Shown: positions 9,868 through 21,775, counted from the first letter of the stretch. The stretch: 64,000 bases of DNA from Candidatus Atelocyanobacterium thalassae (GCA_051971635.1 JBFPLN010000003.1:64001-128000); one strand, 5' to 3'. The notes: generated from the letters alone by a model not told the origin. Made by a program: numbers and translations.

Positions 9868-10190
9868 TCATATGTAAAGCTATAGATTGGTTATCTAATT
9901 GTTGTTTAACTGTATATCCAGAATACTTGAATCAGAATATATAAAAGGATTCGATGAAAGCTATGCGATGGTTGTTAATCTATTTATTTTTTATAGAGAT
10001 GTATTATAAAAGAACCTATTAAATTATTATTTAGAATAGGAATGAGTAATAAACATAAATTAAAAATATTTCTATTAAAATAAAAGATATTTATGTTCCG
10101 GTTTCTAATAATTATTTTAAACAGGTAATGCATAGAAATAGCGACTACTTACTAGATTTTTTCTAGAATCAAATTTTTTAATATTTAATT

Positions 10191-10796
10191 ATGAACTTTT
10201 TTCGTGATCAAGTGAATAATTTTACGGGCAAGACTCGTTTTCTAGTTACCCGTATTTTTTTGCATCTTTCAGGAGAAGATATAACTCCTTTACTAGGAAT
10301 TCTTAACAGAGAAGCACGAGTAGCAATAGAACAGGAAGGAGATTTACTTATAATGGGAGAAGGTTTGGTTAAAATTTGCCAATATCTTCTTCAGTTCAAC
10401 TTTAATTGGCAATCTTCTGCTAATGAAGGAGATGTCTTTTGGGAAGAAGAGATGGCAGGAGATTATTTTAATGAACTTTTTACTGATTCAGCGCAACGTT
10501 ACTTAAGTAGTGAAGACTTACAATTGGATCAAAAAAGAGAAGATACTACTCTAGTTTTACCAGCTAATCATAATTTAGTTATTATGATTACTATTGCTTG
10601 TACAGGAGAAGTACCAGATCTAGAAACTAACCTTGCTGATAAAGAGGCATTAGAATATGGATTAAAAGCTTTATTAAACCTTCAGTATCAAGAACGTTTA
10701 GAGGCACTACAAATTCACTACTCTCCAGCACACTTTGGTGATGAACTTACCAATGATCAACTATTAATAAACTTTCCTGAATTAATTCCTTTGTAA
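10191..10796 (+). CDS. Conserved cyanobacterial protein (DUF1517-like)
   Basis: 201 aa acidic protein; EGDVFW, FNELFTDSAQRY and GDELTNDQLLINFPELIPL resemble DUF1517. Confidence 0.65.
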   Translation: MNFFRDQVNNFTGKTRFLVTRIFLHLSGEDITPLLGILNREARVAIEQEGDLLIMGEGLVKICQYLLQFNFNWQSSANEGDVFWEEEMAGDYFNELFTDSAQRYLSSEDLQLDQKREDTTLVLPANHNLVIMITIACTGEVPDLETNLADKEALEYGLKALLNLQYQERLEALQIHYSPAHFGDELTNDQLLINFPELIPL

Positions 10797-10809
10797 ACTT
10801 ATTAAGACA

Positions 10810-11652
10810 ATGCGCAAAACACTTATTATTTTTTTATCATTTACTCTTTGTTTAATGACCATATCTTGTGGATCTTCAACATTAAACAAATCTCTACCAG
10901 ATAACAATATAAAAACTACTATTTCTAACCAAGTTAAAGATGGAAGTTATCCTATACAACAAGCAGAATATAATGATATTAACGGAATATATGCTTTAAC
11001 ATTACTTAATACTCCTCCTGGAACATCTTCCACATATAGTACAGATAATTTACAAATGGCTAGGCTAACACCTGAGCAAATAGCTGACGGCAAAAATAAT
11101 TACTTAGACATTACTAGAGATGCAGTAGTAATGTATATTAAAGAAGATTTTAAAATAGAGTATATTCATAATGTCATTGAACCACAAACTAATTCTCAAA
11201 CAGAAGCTCCCAGAAATGTAGTAAGAAGAGAATCTAGCTTCTGGAGTCCTTTTGCAGGTGCCATGGCAGGTCAAGCACTTGGAAGTATCTTATTCTCTCC
11301 CCAATATTATGTCCCTCCAATATATCGTTCTGGACAAGTTATGAATGGTTATGGTAGCTATGGTAACAATTATAATCAAGCTGTTCAAAGCTATCGGAAC
11401 AAATTCAACACTGCACCACCAGCAGTAAAAAATAAGCAGACTTTTAGAACAACAAGTAATTTACGAAAATCTACCCCAAATTTACGTAACTCTAGGAAAG
11501 GAGCATTGCGTTCTAGTGGTTCTGGTTTTGGCTCAAGCAATTTAAGAAAAGGTAACAAATCAAGACCTAGTATTAGAAGTAACTCTAGTTTCGGATCAAG
11601 AAACTCCTTCCGATCTCGCCCTTCTAGAAGTAGTTTTAGAAGAAGACGTTAA
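10810..11652 (+). CDS. Putative lipoprotein with Arg/Ser/Gly-rich C-terminal tail
   Basis: Signal peptide with lipobox-like MTISC-G; FWSPFAGAMAGQALG core; tail ends RSRPSRSSFRRRR. Confidence 0.8.
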   Translation: MRKTLIIFLSFTLCLMTISCGSSTLNKSLPDNNIKTTISNQVKDGSYPIQQAEYNDINGIYALTLLNTPPGTSSTYSTDNLQMARLTPEQIADGKNNYLDITRDAVVMYIKEDFKIEYIHNVIEPQTNSQTEAPRNVVRRESSFWSPFAGAMAGQALGSILFSPQYYVPPIYRSGQVMNGYGSYGNNYNQAVQSYRNKFNTAPPAVKNKQTFRTTSNLRKSTPNLRNSRKGALRSSGSGFGSSNLRKGNKSRPSIRSNSSFGSRNSFRSRPSRSSFRRRR

Positions 11653-11659
11653 CTACATT

Positions 11660-11709
11660 AGTAGTGGGGATCGAGACTGAAATATCTTTCAGTCTCGATC
11701 CCTACTATT
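11660..11709 (+). terminator. 3' hairpin after the lipoprotein gene
   Basis: GGGATCGAGACTGAAA/TTTCAGTCTCGATCCC (16 bp perfect, 23 bp with two G-T), TATC loop. Confidence 0.8.
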
Positions 11710-11797
11710 TATAAAACCAAACGTATATAAAATTCATAAGCTGATTGAAATTAATAGTTTTTTTATATCTATATTGTGGTGACTGATTAGTATAAAG

Positions 11798-11833
11798 ATA
11801 TAGTGTATTTTTAGAAGATTAAATACACTATAT
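11798..11833. repeat. 13-bp inverted repeat
   Basis: ATATAGTGTATTT ... AAATACACTATAT with a 10-nt spacer. Confidence 0.55.
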
Positions 11834-12012
11834 GAAATCTCTTACAATAGTTTTATTTTTATAAGAAACTATATTTTATTAGTATTCTTAACTAAATTTA
11901 TTTAATATATCTCTAAGAAGATTCTTATGAATATTAATTTCATATCCTGAAAAAAGCTATTATCATAATGTTCACATAATTTCTTATATATTAATCTCAA
12001 AAAAATAAATCA

Positions 12013-12798
12013 ATGAAAGGAGAACCATTAATTGAGTTAAAGAATGTTTCTAAATCTTTTGGTGGCTATAACATCCTAGATAACATTAATTTAACTATCT
12101 ATAGAGGGGAAGCTCTTGTCATTATAGGACCATCAGGCACAGGTAAATCAACTATTTTACGTCTTATAGCTGGTTTATTACCATTAGATACGGGGAAAAT
12201 TTATATTAAAGGTAAAGAACGTAAAGGCATTATTGAAGATGGTTACCAACCTATGAGAATCGCTTTAGTTTTCCAACAAGCGGCCTTATTTGATTCACTA
12301 ACAGTCGATGAAAATGTTGGCTTCTTCCTCTATGAACACTCCACATTATCTCATTCTAAAATTCGAAAACTAGTTGATAAAAAACTAGCAATGGTAGGAT
12401 TACATGGAATACGTGATCGCTATCCATCTCAACTTTCAGGAGGAATGCGCAAAAGAGTCAGTTTTGCTAGAGCTTTAATGTCTAATCCTGAGAATTACTT
12501 AGATAATCCAGAAATAGTTTTATATGATGAACCTACTGCTGGTTTAGATCCTATTTCCTCAACTGTTATCGAAAATTTAGTTCGTGATTTACAAAATGAT
12601 TTTGAAGGTTGTGGAAGTTATGTAATGGTATCTCACCAAGACAGTACAATTAGGCGTACTGCAGATAGAGTGATTTTTTTGTATGGTGGAAAAATTCAAT
12701 GGGAAGGAACAGTCAATGAAATTGACTCTACAAATAATCCTATTGTTCGGCAATTTTTTAATGCTAGTGTTAAAGGTCCTATTCGAGTAACTGATTAA
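12013..12798 (+). CDS. mlaF: ABC ATPase of the lipid transport system (MlaF/TGD3)
   Basis: GPSGTGKS, LSGGMRKRVSFARA and YDEPTAGLDP motifs; adjacent to an MCE protein. Confidence 0.9.
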   Translation: MKGEPLIELKNVSKSFGGYNILDNINLTIYRGEALVIIGPSGTGKSTILRLIAGLLPLDTGKIYIKGKERKGIIEDGYQPMRIALVFQQAALFDSLTVDENVGFFLYEHSTLSHSKIRKLVDKKLAMVGLHGIRDRYPSQLSGGMRKRVSFARALMSNPENYLDNPEIVLYDEPTAGLDPISSTVIENLVRDLQNDFEGCGSYVMVSHQDSTIRRTADRVIFLYGGKIQWEGTVNEIDSTNNPIVRQFFNASVKGPIRVTD

Positions 12799-12859
12799 AC
12801 TATTGTATGAAAACAGTGGTTATTGTTAACTATTTTGTGGAACAATGTGAGGAAAAATT

Positions 12860-14173
12860 ATGTTAAGAATGCGAACCCTTCAAGAGGGCTCAGTAGGCTT
12901 GTTTGTTATTTTAGGTTTAACTATTTTTGGAGGATTAATTCTTTGGCTACGAGGTGGTGTTTTAGGTCAAAGAACTTATCAATTTTTCGCCAATTTTAAA
13001 AATGTTAGTGGTTTACAAGTTGGTGCACCGATAAGGTATAGAGGAGTAACTGTTGGAAAGATCCTAGGTCTTCAACCTAACAGTAACGGAGTAAGAGTTA
13101 TTTTAGAGATTTCTTCTAACCAGTTAAGAATTCCAAAAGATTCTAATGTTCAAATTAATCGTTATGGACTAATTGGTGAAGCTTCAGTTGATATTACTCC
13201 ATCGCATAACTTGTCTGAGCAAGAACTAACTATTGATCCCGTTAGTGAGGAGTGTATAAAAGAAAGACAAATACTTTGTAATAATGATGAAGTTGTAGGT
13301 AAAACTGGATCTGAGTTAGTTGAAGCACTAACGCGTTTAAGTAATGCTTATAGCGATCCTAAATTTATTGGAGATGTTAACTCAGCAGTAAGGAATGTTT
13401 CAAAAGCAGGAGACAGAATTGCTGTTCTTAGCCAAGAAGTTACAAAACTATCAGAAGTTGCTCGTGGTCAAATTGATGGTGTAGGAGATGCCATTCGTAA
13501 TGCAGATAAAGCAGCTCAAGATGCTTCTGAATTGATAAAAAATGTTGACTCCGTCATAGTAGAAAATCGTACTAATGTTAGTCGGACAATGAAGGGAGCT
13601 GCCAATTTAACTAATAACTTAAATGATTTAGTAGAAGAAAATAGAGAAAGTATTGTTAATACATTAAATAGTATTGAACAAACTAGTGATCAAATACGTT
13701 TATTAGCTATTAATTTTGGAGTAACTGTAGATACCGTTAATCAAGGAATTCATGAAATTAATATGAAGCAATTTGCTAATAATCTTGAATCCTTAATGTC
13801 TAATGCCGCACAGACAGCAGAGAATTTACAAAATTTATCTAAGTCTTTAAGCGATCCTGAAGTTATAATCACTATTCAAAAAACTTTAGATTCTGCACGT
13901 GTTACTTTTGAAAATGCTCAAAAAATCACGTCTGATGTCGAAGAGTTAACAGGTGATCCAATCTTTAGAAATAATATTCGTAAACTTATAGATGGTTTAA
14001 GTGATTTAGTGGCTGATACTGAAAGTTTAGAGCAACAGATTTATGCTGCACAAATAATTGAATCAGTAACTAATGCAGTAGAATACAAGTTATTGTCGAA
14101 AAAAAAATTAAAGGAGTTTTCTCCTATTATTAATCCCTTAAATAATTCGATAGAAAATAATATTAAAACCTAA
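12860..14173 (+). CDS. mlaD: MCE-domain protein (MlaD/TGD2/Ycf22)
   Basis: N-terminal TM, GLQVGAPIRYRGVTVGKI MCE motif, long coiled coil. Confidence 0.9.
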   Translation: MLRMRTLQEGSVGLFVILGLTIFGGLILWLRGGVLGQRTYQFFANFKNVSGLQVGAPIRYRGVTVGKILGLQPNSNGVRVILEISSNQLRIPKDSNVQINRYGLIGEASVDITPSHNLSEQELTIDPVSEECIKERQILCNNDEVVGKTGSELVEALTRLSNAYSDPKFIGDVNSAVRNVSKAGDRIAVLSQEVTKLSEVARGQIDGVGDAIRNADKAAQDASELIKNVDSVIVENRTNVSRTMKGAANLTNNLNDLVEENRESIVNTLNSIEQTSDQIRLLAINFGVTVDTVNQGIHEINMKQFANNLESLMSNAAQTAENLQNLSKSLSDPEVIITIQKTLDSARVTFENAQKITSDVEELTGDPIFRNNIRKLIDGLSDLVADTESLEQQIYAAQIIESVTNAVEYKLLSKKKLKEFSPIINPLNNSIENNIKT

Positions 14174-14573
14174 CTATATTAGTAATGGAGAATCAAGCTT
14201 TTTCGTAAAAAAACAAGGTAGTTAATTATGATTTTAATATAAGATTAATTTTAAATATTTTTTGTATTGTAATAGCTAGATTATTAACATTAGGACATGT
14301 CATTAGACTTTTAAGCCTATTAGTTTTTTAAATACACTAAAATACGAACTTCTAACTTAATAAAAATAAGACTCTAAAGTACTAATTATTTGATTTTTAA
14401 TAATGATTTTTATTTACATAAAGTAACCTATAACGACTTATAGGCAATATATATTGGTTTTAATATTCAAAAATGGCATAAATGAAAAGTCAAGAAAAAC
14501 TTTAAGATGGTTAAAACATTGCAAAATGCAAAGTATAATACAATGCATATAAAATATTTAGAGAGAATAATAA

Positions 14574-15956
<1,383 letters not shown>

Positions 15957-16144
15957 GTTTTTAAAACTAGAGAAACATCTCTAGCATATTTGTTGTCATT
16001 AATAGTACTATTATCAATAGATTCTCTTCTCGTATAGATAAAACTATTCATTGGATGTAACAATGATAGATATATCTGGAAAGTTAAGAGTTTATTGGTT
16101 TTCTACTATCTTTATCGTTATAAAAATCATTCTGCTTGTGCTGA

Positions 16145-17077
16145 ATGCTACAAATCCCTAAAACTACTCAAAATCCAAAAGCCCTAAATTCTGTCGTAGA
16201 GGCTTACGAACGTTGTCGTCGAATTACTCAGAAATATTCTAAAACTTTTTATTTAGGAACATTATTAATGCCGCCTAAGAAAAGGTGTGCAATTTGGGCT
16301 CTCTATGTTTGGTGTCGACGTACTGATGAATTAGTTGATGGAGCTCAGTCTAATCTTACAACACCAGAAACCTTACAAAAATGGGAAAATAATTTAGAGC
16401 ATTTATTTGCAGGTTATCCTTTAGATGACGAAGATGTTGCTTTAGTTGATACATTGAGAAATTTTCCAATAGAAATTGCTCCCTTTAAAGATATGATAGC
16501 AGGCCAAAAGATGGATTTATATCGTAATCGCTATCAAACTTTTGAAGAACTTAAGCTTTACTGTTACCGTGTCGCAGGAACAGTAGGACTCATGTCTAAT
16601 GCAGTTCTAGGTATTGAAGAACACCCCTCCATTGTCCCTTGGGAATTAAAACCTGAGCAAAATATCCCCAAAGAAGAGGCAATTGCCTTAGGGATTGCGA
16701 ATCAATTAACCAATATACTTCGAGATATCGGAGAAGATGCTCAAAGAGGAAGGATTTATTTACCTTTAGAAGATTTAGAACGCTTTAAATATACTGAAGA
16801 AGATCTATTTAATGGAGTAATAGATGATCGCTGGAAGAACTTAATGAATTTTCAAATTCAAAGAGCTAGACAATACTATAAGGATGCTGAACGTGGAATT
16901 AGAACTTTATCTAGAGACTCTCGTTGGCCTGTATGGTCAGCTTTGATGCTTTATCAAGGTATCTTAGATATGATTGAAGCTAACGAATATGATGTATTTT
17001 CCAAACGTGCTTTTGTTCCAAATTTCAAAAAAATTATGTATTTGCCTATTTCTTGGTTAAGAGCTCAGGCACTCTAA
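16145..17077 (+). CDS. crtB: Phytoene synthase
   Basis: KTFYLGT, CRRTDELVD, YCYRVAGTVG and NQLTNILRD motifs. Confidence 0.98.
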   Translation: MLQIPKTTQNPKALNSVVEAYERCRRITQKYSKTFYLGTLLMPPKKRCAIWALYVWCRRTDELVDGAQSNLTTPETLQKWENNLEHLFAGYPLDDEDVALVDTLRNFPIEIAPFKDMIAGQKMDLYRNRYQTFEELKLYCYRVAGTVGLMSNAVLGIEEHPSIVPWELKPEQNIPKEEAIALGIANQLTNILRDIGEDAQRGRIYLPLEDLERFKYTEEDLFNGVIDDRWKNLMNFQIQRARQYYKDAERGIRTLSRDSRWPVWSALMLYQGILDMIEANEYDVFSKRAFVPNFKKIMYLPISWLRAQAL

Positions 17078-17128
17078 GTTTTTCTTTTAGAACTAGACTC
17101 TTAATCATGTAAGAAAACTTTTATGTTC

Positions 17129-17178
17129 ATATTTATAATGCCGATGCTTTAAGAATAAAGTATCGGCATTATAAATAT
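17129..17178 (+). terminator. 23-bp 3' hairpin after crtB
   Basis: ATATTTATAATGCCGATGCTTTA/TAAAGTATCGGCATTATAAATAT, one G-T, AGAA loop. Confidence 0.8.
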
Positions 17179-17318
17179 AAAGTTAGCTAATACTTGATTT
17201 GTCTCATAAGATTTTATAACCATTAAACTACTATTATTCTTTTCCTATTTATTTAATTAATGAGTAGAGGAAAATATATTAACATTAGAATAATGGATCT
17301 AAGAAAAGAGGATTATTC

Positions 17319-17528
17319 ATGCGATATGCTGTAGTTATCGAAAAAGGGAAATATTATTATGGAGCCTACGTTCCTGATTTGCCAGAATGCTCTGCAGTTG
17401 GAAAAACTGTAGAAGAGACAAGAGAGCTTATATATAATTCGATTTCTAACCATTTAGGTGGACTGGAAAAAGAAGGTAACTCTTTTCCTAGTCCTAAAAC
17501 AATATGTGAATATGTAGAAGTCAACTAA
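17319..17528 (+). CDS. hicB: HicB-family antitoxin-like protein (short, no hicA)
   Basis: MRYAVVIEKG..YGAYVPDLPEC.AVG.T.EE pattern typical of HicB/UPF0150; GAGGA RBS. Confidence 0.85.
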   Translation: MRYAVVIEKGKYYYGAYVPDLPECSAVGKTVEETRELIYNSISNHLGGLEKEGNSFPSPKTICEYVEVN

Positions 17529-17728
17529 CTGTAAACCTTATAGGAGTAATCATTCTGTTACGATCTAATTACTTTGGATTACTCCAAACTTTTTTTGCAA
17601 AAGAATAACATATTTGATTAATAAGAAAGTACTTTTTATAAACTTAGGATAATTATGGGAATAACATGATTTATGATCAACAGGTGATTATAATAAATAA
17701 GAAATAATTTAAAATTAACGCAAATTAA

Positions 17729-18820
17729 ATGCTAAAAGCTGGAATAGTTGGACTCCCTAATGTCGGTAAATCGACACTATTTAATGCTTTAGTCGCTAAT
17801 GCTAAAGCAGATGCAGCGAACTTTCCTTTCTGTACGATTGAACCTAATGTAGGTTTAGTATCTGTTCCCGATGAGAGATTAGAAGTTTTAGCTCAACTTT
17901 CTAAATCAGAGAAGATTCTACCTACTCGTATTGAATTTGTAGATATTGCTGGATTAGTTAAAGGCGCTGCGCAAGGAGAAGGCCTCGGAAACCAATTTTT
18001 AGCCAATATTCGTGAGGTAGATGCCATAGTCCATGTTGTGCGTTGTTTTGATAATGATGATATCATTCATGTATCAGGTTCTGTAAATCCAACTAGAGAT
18101 ATTGAGACAATAAATTTAGAGTTAGGCTTAGCTGATCTTTCTCAAATTGAAAAACGTCTAAGTAGATTAAAAAAACAGAAAAGTAGCCAAAAAGAAGAGC
18201 AAGAAGAAATCTCCATCTTAGAGAAAATTATTACTCAGCTTAATCAAGGTATACCAGCTCGTAATTTAGAACTAACAGAAGAAGAAAAAATATTAGTTAA
18301 ACCTCTGGGATTACTTACCCTTAAGCCAGTCATCTATGCTACCAATGTATCTGAAGATGACTTAAGTTCAGAAAATAGTTGGGTCGGAGAAGTAAGAGAA
18401 ATTGCTTCTACTGATCAGGCAAAAGTCGTTGTAGTCTCTGCTCAAGTTGAGTCAGAATTGGTAGAAATCCCAGACGAAGAAAAGCTAGAGTTCCTGAATG
18501 CTTTAGGAGTAGATGAAGGTGGCCTAAAACTTTTAATTAGAGCAGTTTATGATTTACTTGGGTTGAGAACGTACTTAACTACTGGGCCTAAAGAAACTCG
18601 TGCTTGGACTATCTACGCAGGCATGAAAGCACCTCAAGCTGCTGGCGTAATTCACTCAGACTTTGAGAGAGGATTTATTCGCGCCGAAACTATCTCTTAC
18701 AAAGATTTAGTATCTTGTAAAACTATTTCCTCAGCAAAAGAAAAGGGATTAGTCAGAAGTGAAGGTAAAGACTATATCGTTCAAGAAGGAGATGTTATAT
18801 TGTTTAGATTCAATGTTTAA
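17729..18820 (+). CDS. ychF: Redox-regulated ATPase YchF
   Basis: [29 protein letters not shown] and C-terminal TGS domain. Confidence 0.98.
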   Translation: MLKAGIVGLPNVGKSTLFNALVANAKADAANFPFCTIEPNVGLVSVPDERLEVLAQLSKSEKILPTRIEFVDIAGLVKGAAQGEGLGNQFLANIREVDAIVHVVRCFDNDDIIHVSGSVNPTRDIETINLELGLADLSQIEKRLSRLKKQKSSQKEEQEEISILEKIITQLNQGIPARNLELTEEEKILVKPLGLLTLKPVIYATNVSEDDLSSENSWVGEVREIASTDQAKVVVVSAQVESELVEIPDEEKLEFLNALGVDEGGLKLLIRAVYDLLGLRTYLTTGPKETRAWTIYAGMKAPQAAGVIHSDFERGFIRAETISYKDLVSCKTISSAKEKGLVRSEGKDYIVQEGDVILFRFNV

Positions 18821-19115
18821 TAATATATTACTGTTAGTTAACTATTTATTTTTAGTCAATTAGATTTAATTAATATATTAGAAACGATAGATAGTTATTT
18901 AATAGTATTAGTTATATTATCCTGTTTATAAAATTAAACAATGAGTATTATTTCCAAAACTTTCTATCAGTTCTTACTTATCTGTATGACTATATTTTGA
19001 GTTACTTACTATTTATATGTTGAAATGCGGACTTCATATTTTTCTTCTTTATACTGAAGAAGATGCACAAAAGAGTTAAAATACTTTAAGTAATTACAAT
19101 AAGGAGTATTTAAAG

Positions 19116-19220
19116 ATGATGTCAGGAACTGTTATTGCTGGATTTGGCGGATATATTATTTCTTACACCATGATTGCTCTTGGATTATATTTTGGATTAC
19201 GTAGTGCTAAAATAATCTAA
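19116..19220 (+). CDS. petL: Cytochrome b6f subunit PetL (not in the ORF track)
   Basis: 34 aa MMSGTVIAGFGGYIISYTMIALGLYFGLRSAKII; single TM with the PetL-type GLYFGLR..K.I end; AAGGAG RBS at 19101-19106. Confidence 0.85.
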   Translation: MMSGTVIAGFGGYIISYTMIALGLYFGLRSAKII

Positions 19221-19256
19221 GCAGAATATCGGCATCGATTGCCGATATTCTGCTTA
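19218..19256 (+). terminator. 17-bp perfect hairpin starting at the petL stop codon
   Basis: TAAGCAGAATATCGGCA-TCGAT-TGCCGATATTCTGCTTA. Confidence 0.8.
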
Positions 19257-19514
19257 AATTATCTTATTTTAAAGTAAAAATTTAGTATTAAGATATTTAT
19301 TAAGCTTTTGAGATAATCAGTTCTAGTAAGAATAAGTTTAGCAATTTAAGGCGTATAGTGAAGTACATAGAATATTCGTTTTATATGTAATATAATTACA
19401 GTATTTTGGTTTTGCGTTTTTATCTAATTTGATTATTTAAATGATTTTTAACTTTTTATTTAGAATTACCCAGTGCTTCTGTTAAAATTTTGATGGCTTC
19501 TATCATTTTGACTA

Positions 19515-20540
19515 ATGGCAGGAAATCGAGCAAGAATAGCAGTGGACGCTATGGGAGGAGATCATGCTCCTATAGAAATCATAAAAGGGGCTATCCGAGC
19601 CTCAAAGGAATTGGATGTCGATATTTTGTTGGTAGGTGATCGTCAGCAAATTCAAGCGTCTTCTCAAGATAGTAGTAAGTTTTCTAATATTGAAATAGTA
19701 GATGCAGATGAAATAATCGCTATGCACGAAGGAATCAATGAACTTCGCCGCAAGCCTAAAGCTTCAATTAATGTTGCTATGGACTTAGTCAAAAAAGATC
19801 GTGCCGATGCAGTAATATCTGCTGGACATTCTGGAGCGGCTATGGGAGCTGCCACTCTTAAACTAGGTCGTCTTAAAGGCATTGATCGTCCAGCAATTGG
19901 AGCTGTTTTCCCAACTCTCATGGTGAATAAGTCGGTTATTGTTCTAGATGTAGGAGCTAATGTAGATTGTCGTCCTAAATACTTAGAGCAATTTGCTTTA
20001 ATGGGGACAATTTATAGTAAATATGTAATGGGAGTCAATGATCCAAAAGTAGGATTACTCAATATTGGAGAAGAACCAAATAAAGGGAATGATCTTGCTT
20101 TAACGACTTATAAGTTATTGGAAAATAATAAAACTATTCCTTTTGTTGGTAATGCTGAAGGCCGAGATGTGTTGTCAGGAAAGTTTGATGTTATTGTTTG
20201 TGATGGTTTTGTAGGTAATGTTCTACTAAAATTTGCCGAAGCAGTAGGCGATATAGTATTACAAATCATACGTGAAGAGTTACCTCAAGGTTGGAAAGGT
20301 TTGTTAGGAACAGCTATATTGAAACCTAATCTAAAAAAACTTAAGCAAAGAATAGATCATGCTGAGCATGGTGGTGGTTTATTGTTAGGAGTAGCTGGTA
20401 TTTGTATTATTAGTCATGGTAGTTCTCAAGCTCCATCAATTTTTAATGCAATTCGTCTAGCTAAAGAGGCTGTTGATCATAAAGTATTAGAACAAATTAA
20501 CTCTTATGGAGACAAGTTAATGTCAGAAAAATCTAATTAA
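19515..20540 (+). CDS. plsX: Phosphate acyltransferase PlsX
   Basis: IAVDAMGGDHAP, DVGANVD, GLLNIGEE and VCDGFVGN motifs. Confidence 0.98.
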   Translation: MAGNRARIAVDAMGGDHAPIEIIKGAIRASKELDVDILLVGDRQQIQASSQDSSKFSNIEIVDADEIIAMHEGINELRRKPKASINVAMDLVKKDRADAVISAGHSGAAMGAATLKLGRLKGIDRPAIGAVFPTLMVNKSVIVLDVGANVDCRPKYLEQFALMGTIYSKYVMGVNDPKVGLLNIGEEPNKGNDLALTTYKLLENNKTIPFVGNAEGRDVLSGKFDVIVCDGFVGNVLLKFAEAVGDIVLQIIREELPQGWKGLLGTAILKPNLKKLKQRIDHAEHGGGLLLGVAGICIISHGSSQAPSIFNAIRLAKEAVDHKVLEQINSYGDKLMSEKSN

Positions 20541-20739
20541 CAAATTGAGTAATAGCAAAAGTAAAGAGCTTAAATGTCATTTATTTTAATTTGTTACCTG
20601 TTGCCTTTCTTTTTTCATATCTTTAATTTTGAGAGAGAAAGCTAAAAACATAAGTAAAAATAAGAAAAAAAATTCAGAATTTTAATTCTAAATCCTCTTT
20701 TACTCAAATATGCTAAAAAATTATCAGGAGGAATAATTA

Positions 20740-21747
20740 TTGAAGGAGTTAGATATTGGTATGGCCATTACTGGCTGTGGTTCAGCTACACCAAAGCAAG
20801 TAATGACAAATAATGATTTAAGTTATTTAGTAGATACGTCTGATGAATGGATTTATACTAGAACAGGTATCAAAGAAAGACGTTTGGCAACTAATAACTT
20901 GTCCTTAAGCGAACTTTCGGCTGAAGCTGCAGTCAAAGGAATTGCTATGGCAGGACTTTCTCCTTCTGATATTGATTTAATTATTCTAGCAACCTCTACA
21001 GCTGATGATTTATTCGGTAGTGCATCTAAAATCCAAAGTATTTTAAAAGCCGATAATGCAGTAGCTTTTGATTTAACAGCAGCTTGCTCAGGTTTCGTAT
21101 TTGGATTAATTACAGCTGCCCAATTTATTTATTCAGGAGTTTACCAAAAGGTCCTGGTAATTGGCGGTGATATGCTTTCTCGCTGGGTAAACTGGTCTGA
21201 TCGCAGTACTTGTGTACTTTTTGGAGACGGAGCTGGAGCAGTAGTATGCCAGAGAGCTTTGAAAGATAACTACTTACTAGGTTTTGCCATGTACAGTGAT
21301 GGGACACAAAATCAATCTCTTAATTTAAGATATAATTTTCAGGCTAAATCTCTTAAAAATGGGACAGTTATTAATCAAGGAAGCTATCAGTTTATTACGA
21401 TGCAAGGAAAAGAAATTTATCGCTTTGCTATTGAAAAAGTTCCAGAAGTCATTGAAAAAGCTCTTTCTAAAGCACAATTAACAACTAATGATATTGATTG
21501 GCTTATTCTACATCAAGCAAACCAGAGAATTATAGATGCAGTCGCTAAAAAACTTAAAATTCCACCAGAAAAGGTAATTTCAAATGTAAGTAGATATGGC
21601 AATACATCAGCTGCATCTATTCCCCTAGCTTTAGATGAAGCTGTAAGATCTGGAAAAATAAAGTTAGGTGATGTTATTGCTAGTTCAGGTTTCGGCGCCG
21701 GCTTAACTTGGGGGGCAGTTATTTTTAGATGGAGTATTGAAGTTTAA
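20740..21747 (+). CDS. fabH: Beta-ketoacyl-ACP synthase III
   Basis: AACSGF, HQAN and GNTSAAS catalytic motifs; TTG start with AGGAGG RBS. Confidence 0.98.
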   Translation: MKELDIGMAITGCGSATPKQVMTNNDLSYLVDTSDEWIYTRTGIKERRLATNNLSLSELSAEAAVKGIAMAGLSPSDIDLIILATSTADDLFGSASKIQSILKADNAVAFDLTAACSGFVFGLITAAQFIYSGVYQKVLVIGGDMLSRWVNWSDRSTCVLFGDGAGAVVCQRALKDNYLLGFAMYSDGTQNQSLNLRYNFQAKSLKNGTVINQGSYQFITMQGKEIYRFAIEKVPEVIEKALSKAQLTTNDIDWLILHQANQRIIDAVAKKLKIPPEKVISNVSRYGNTSAASIPLALDEAVRSGKIKLGDVIASSGFGAGLTWGAVIFRWSIEV

Positions 21748-21775
21748 TCTTTTTACTAAACATTTTTAGAGAAAC

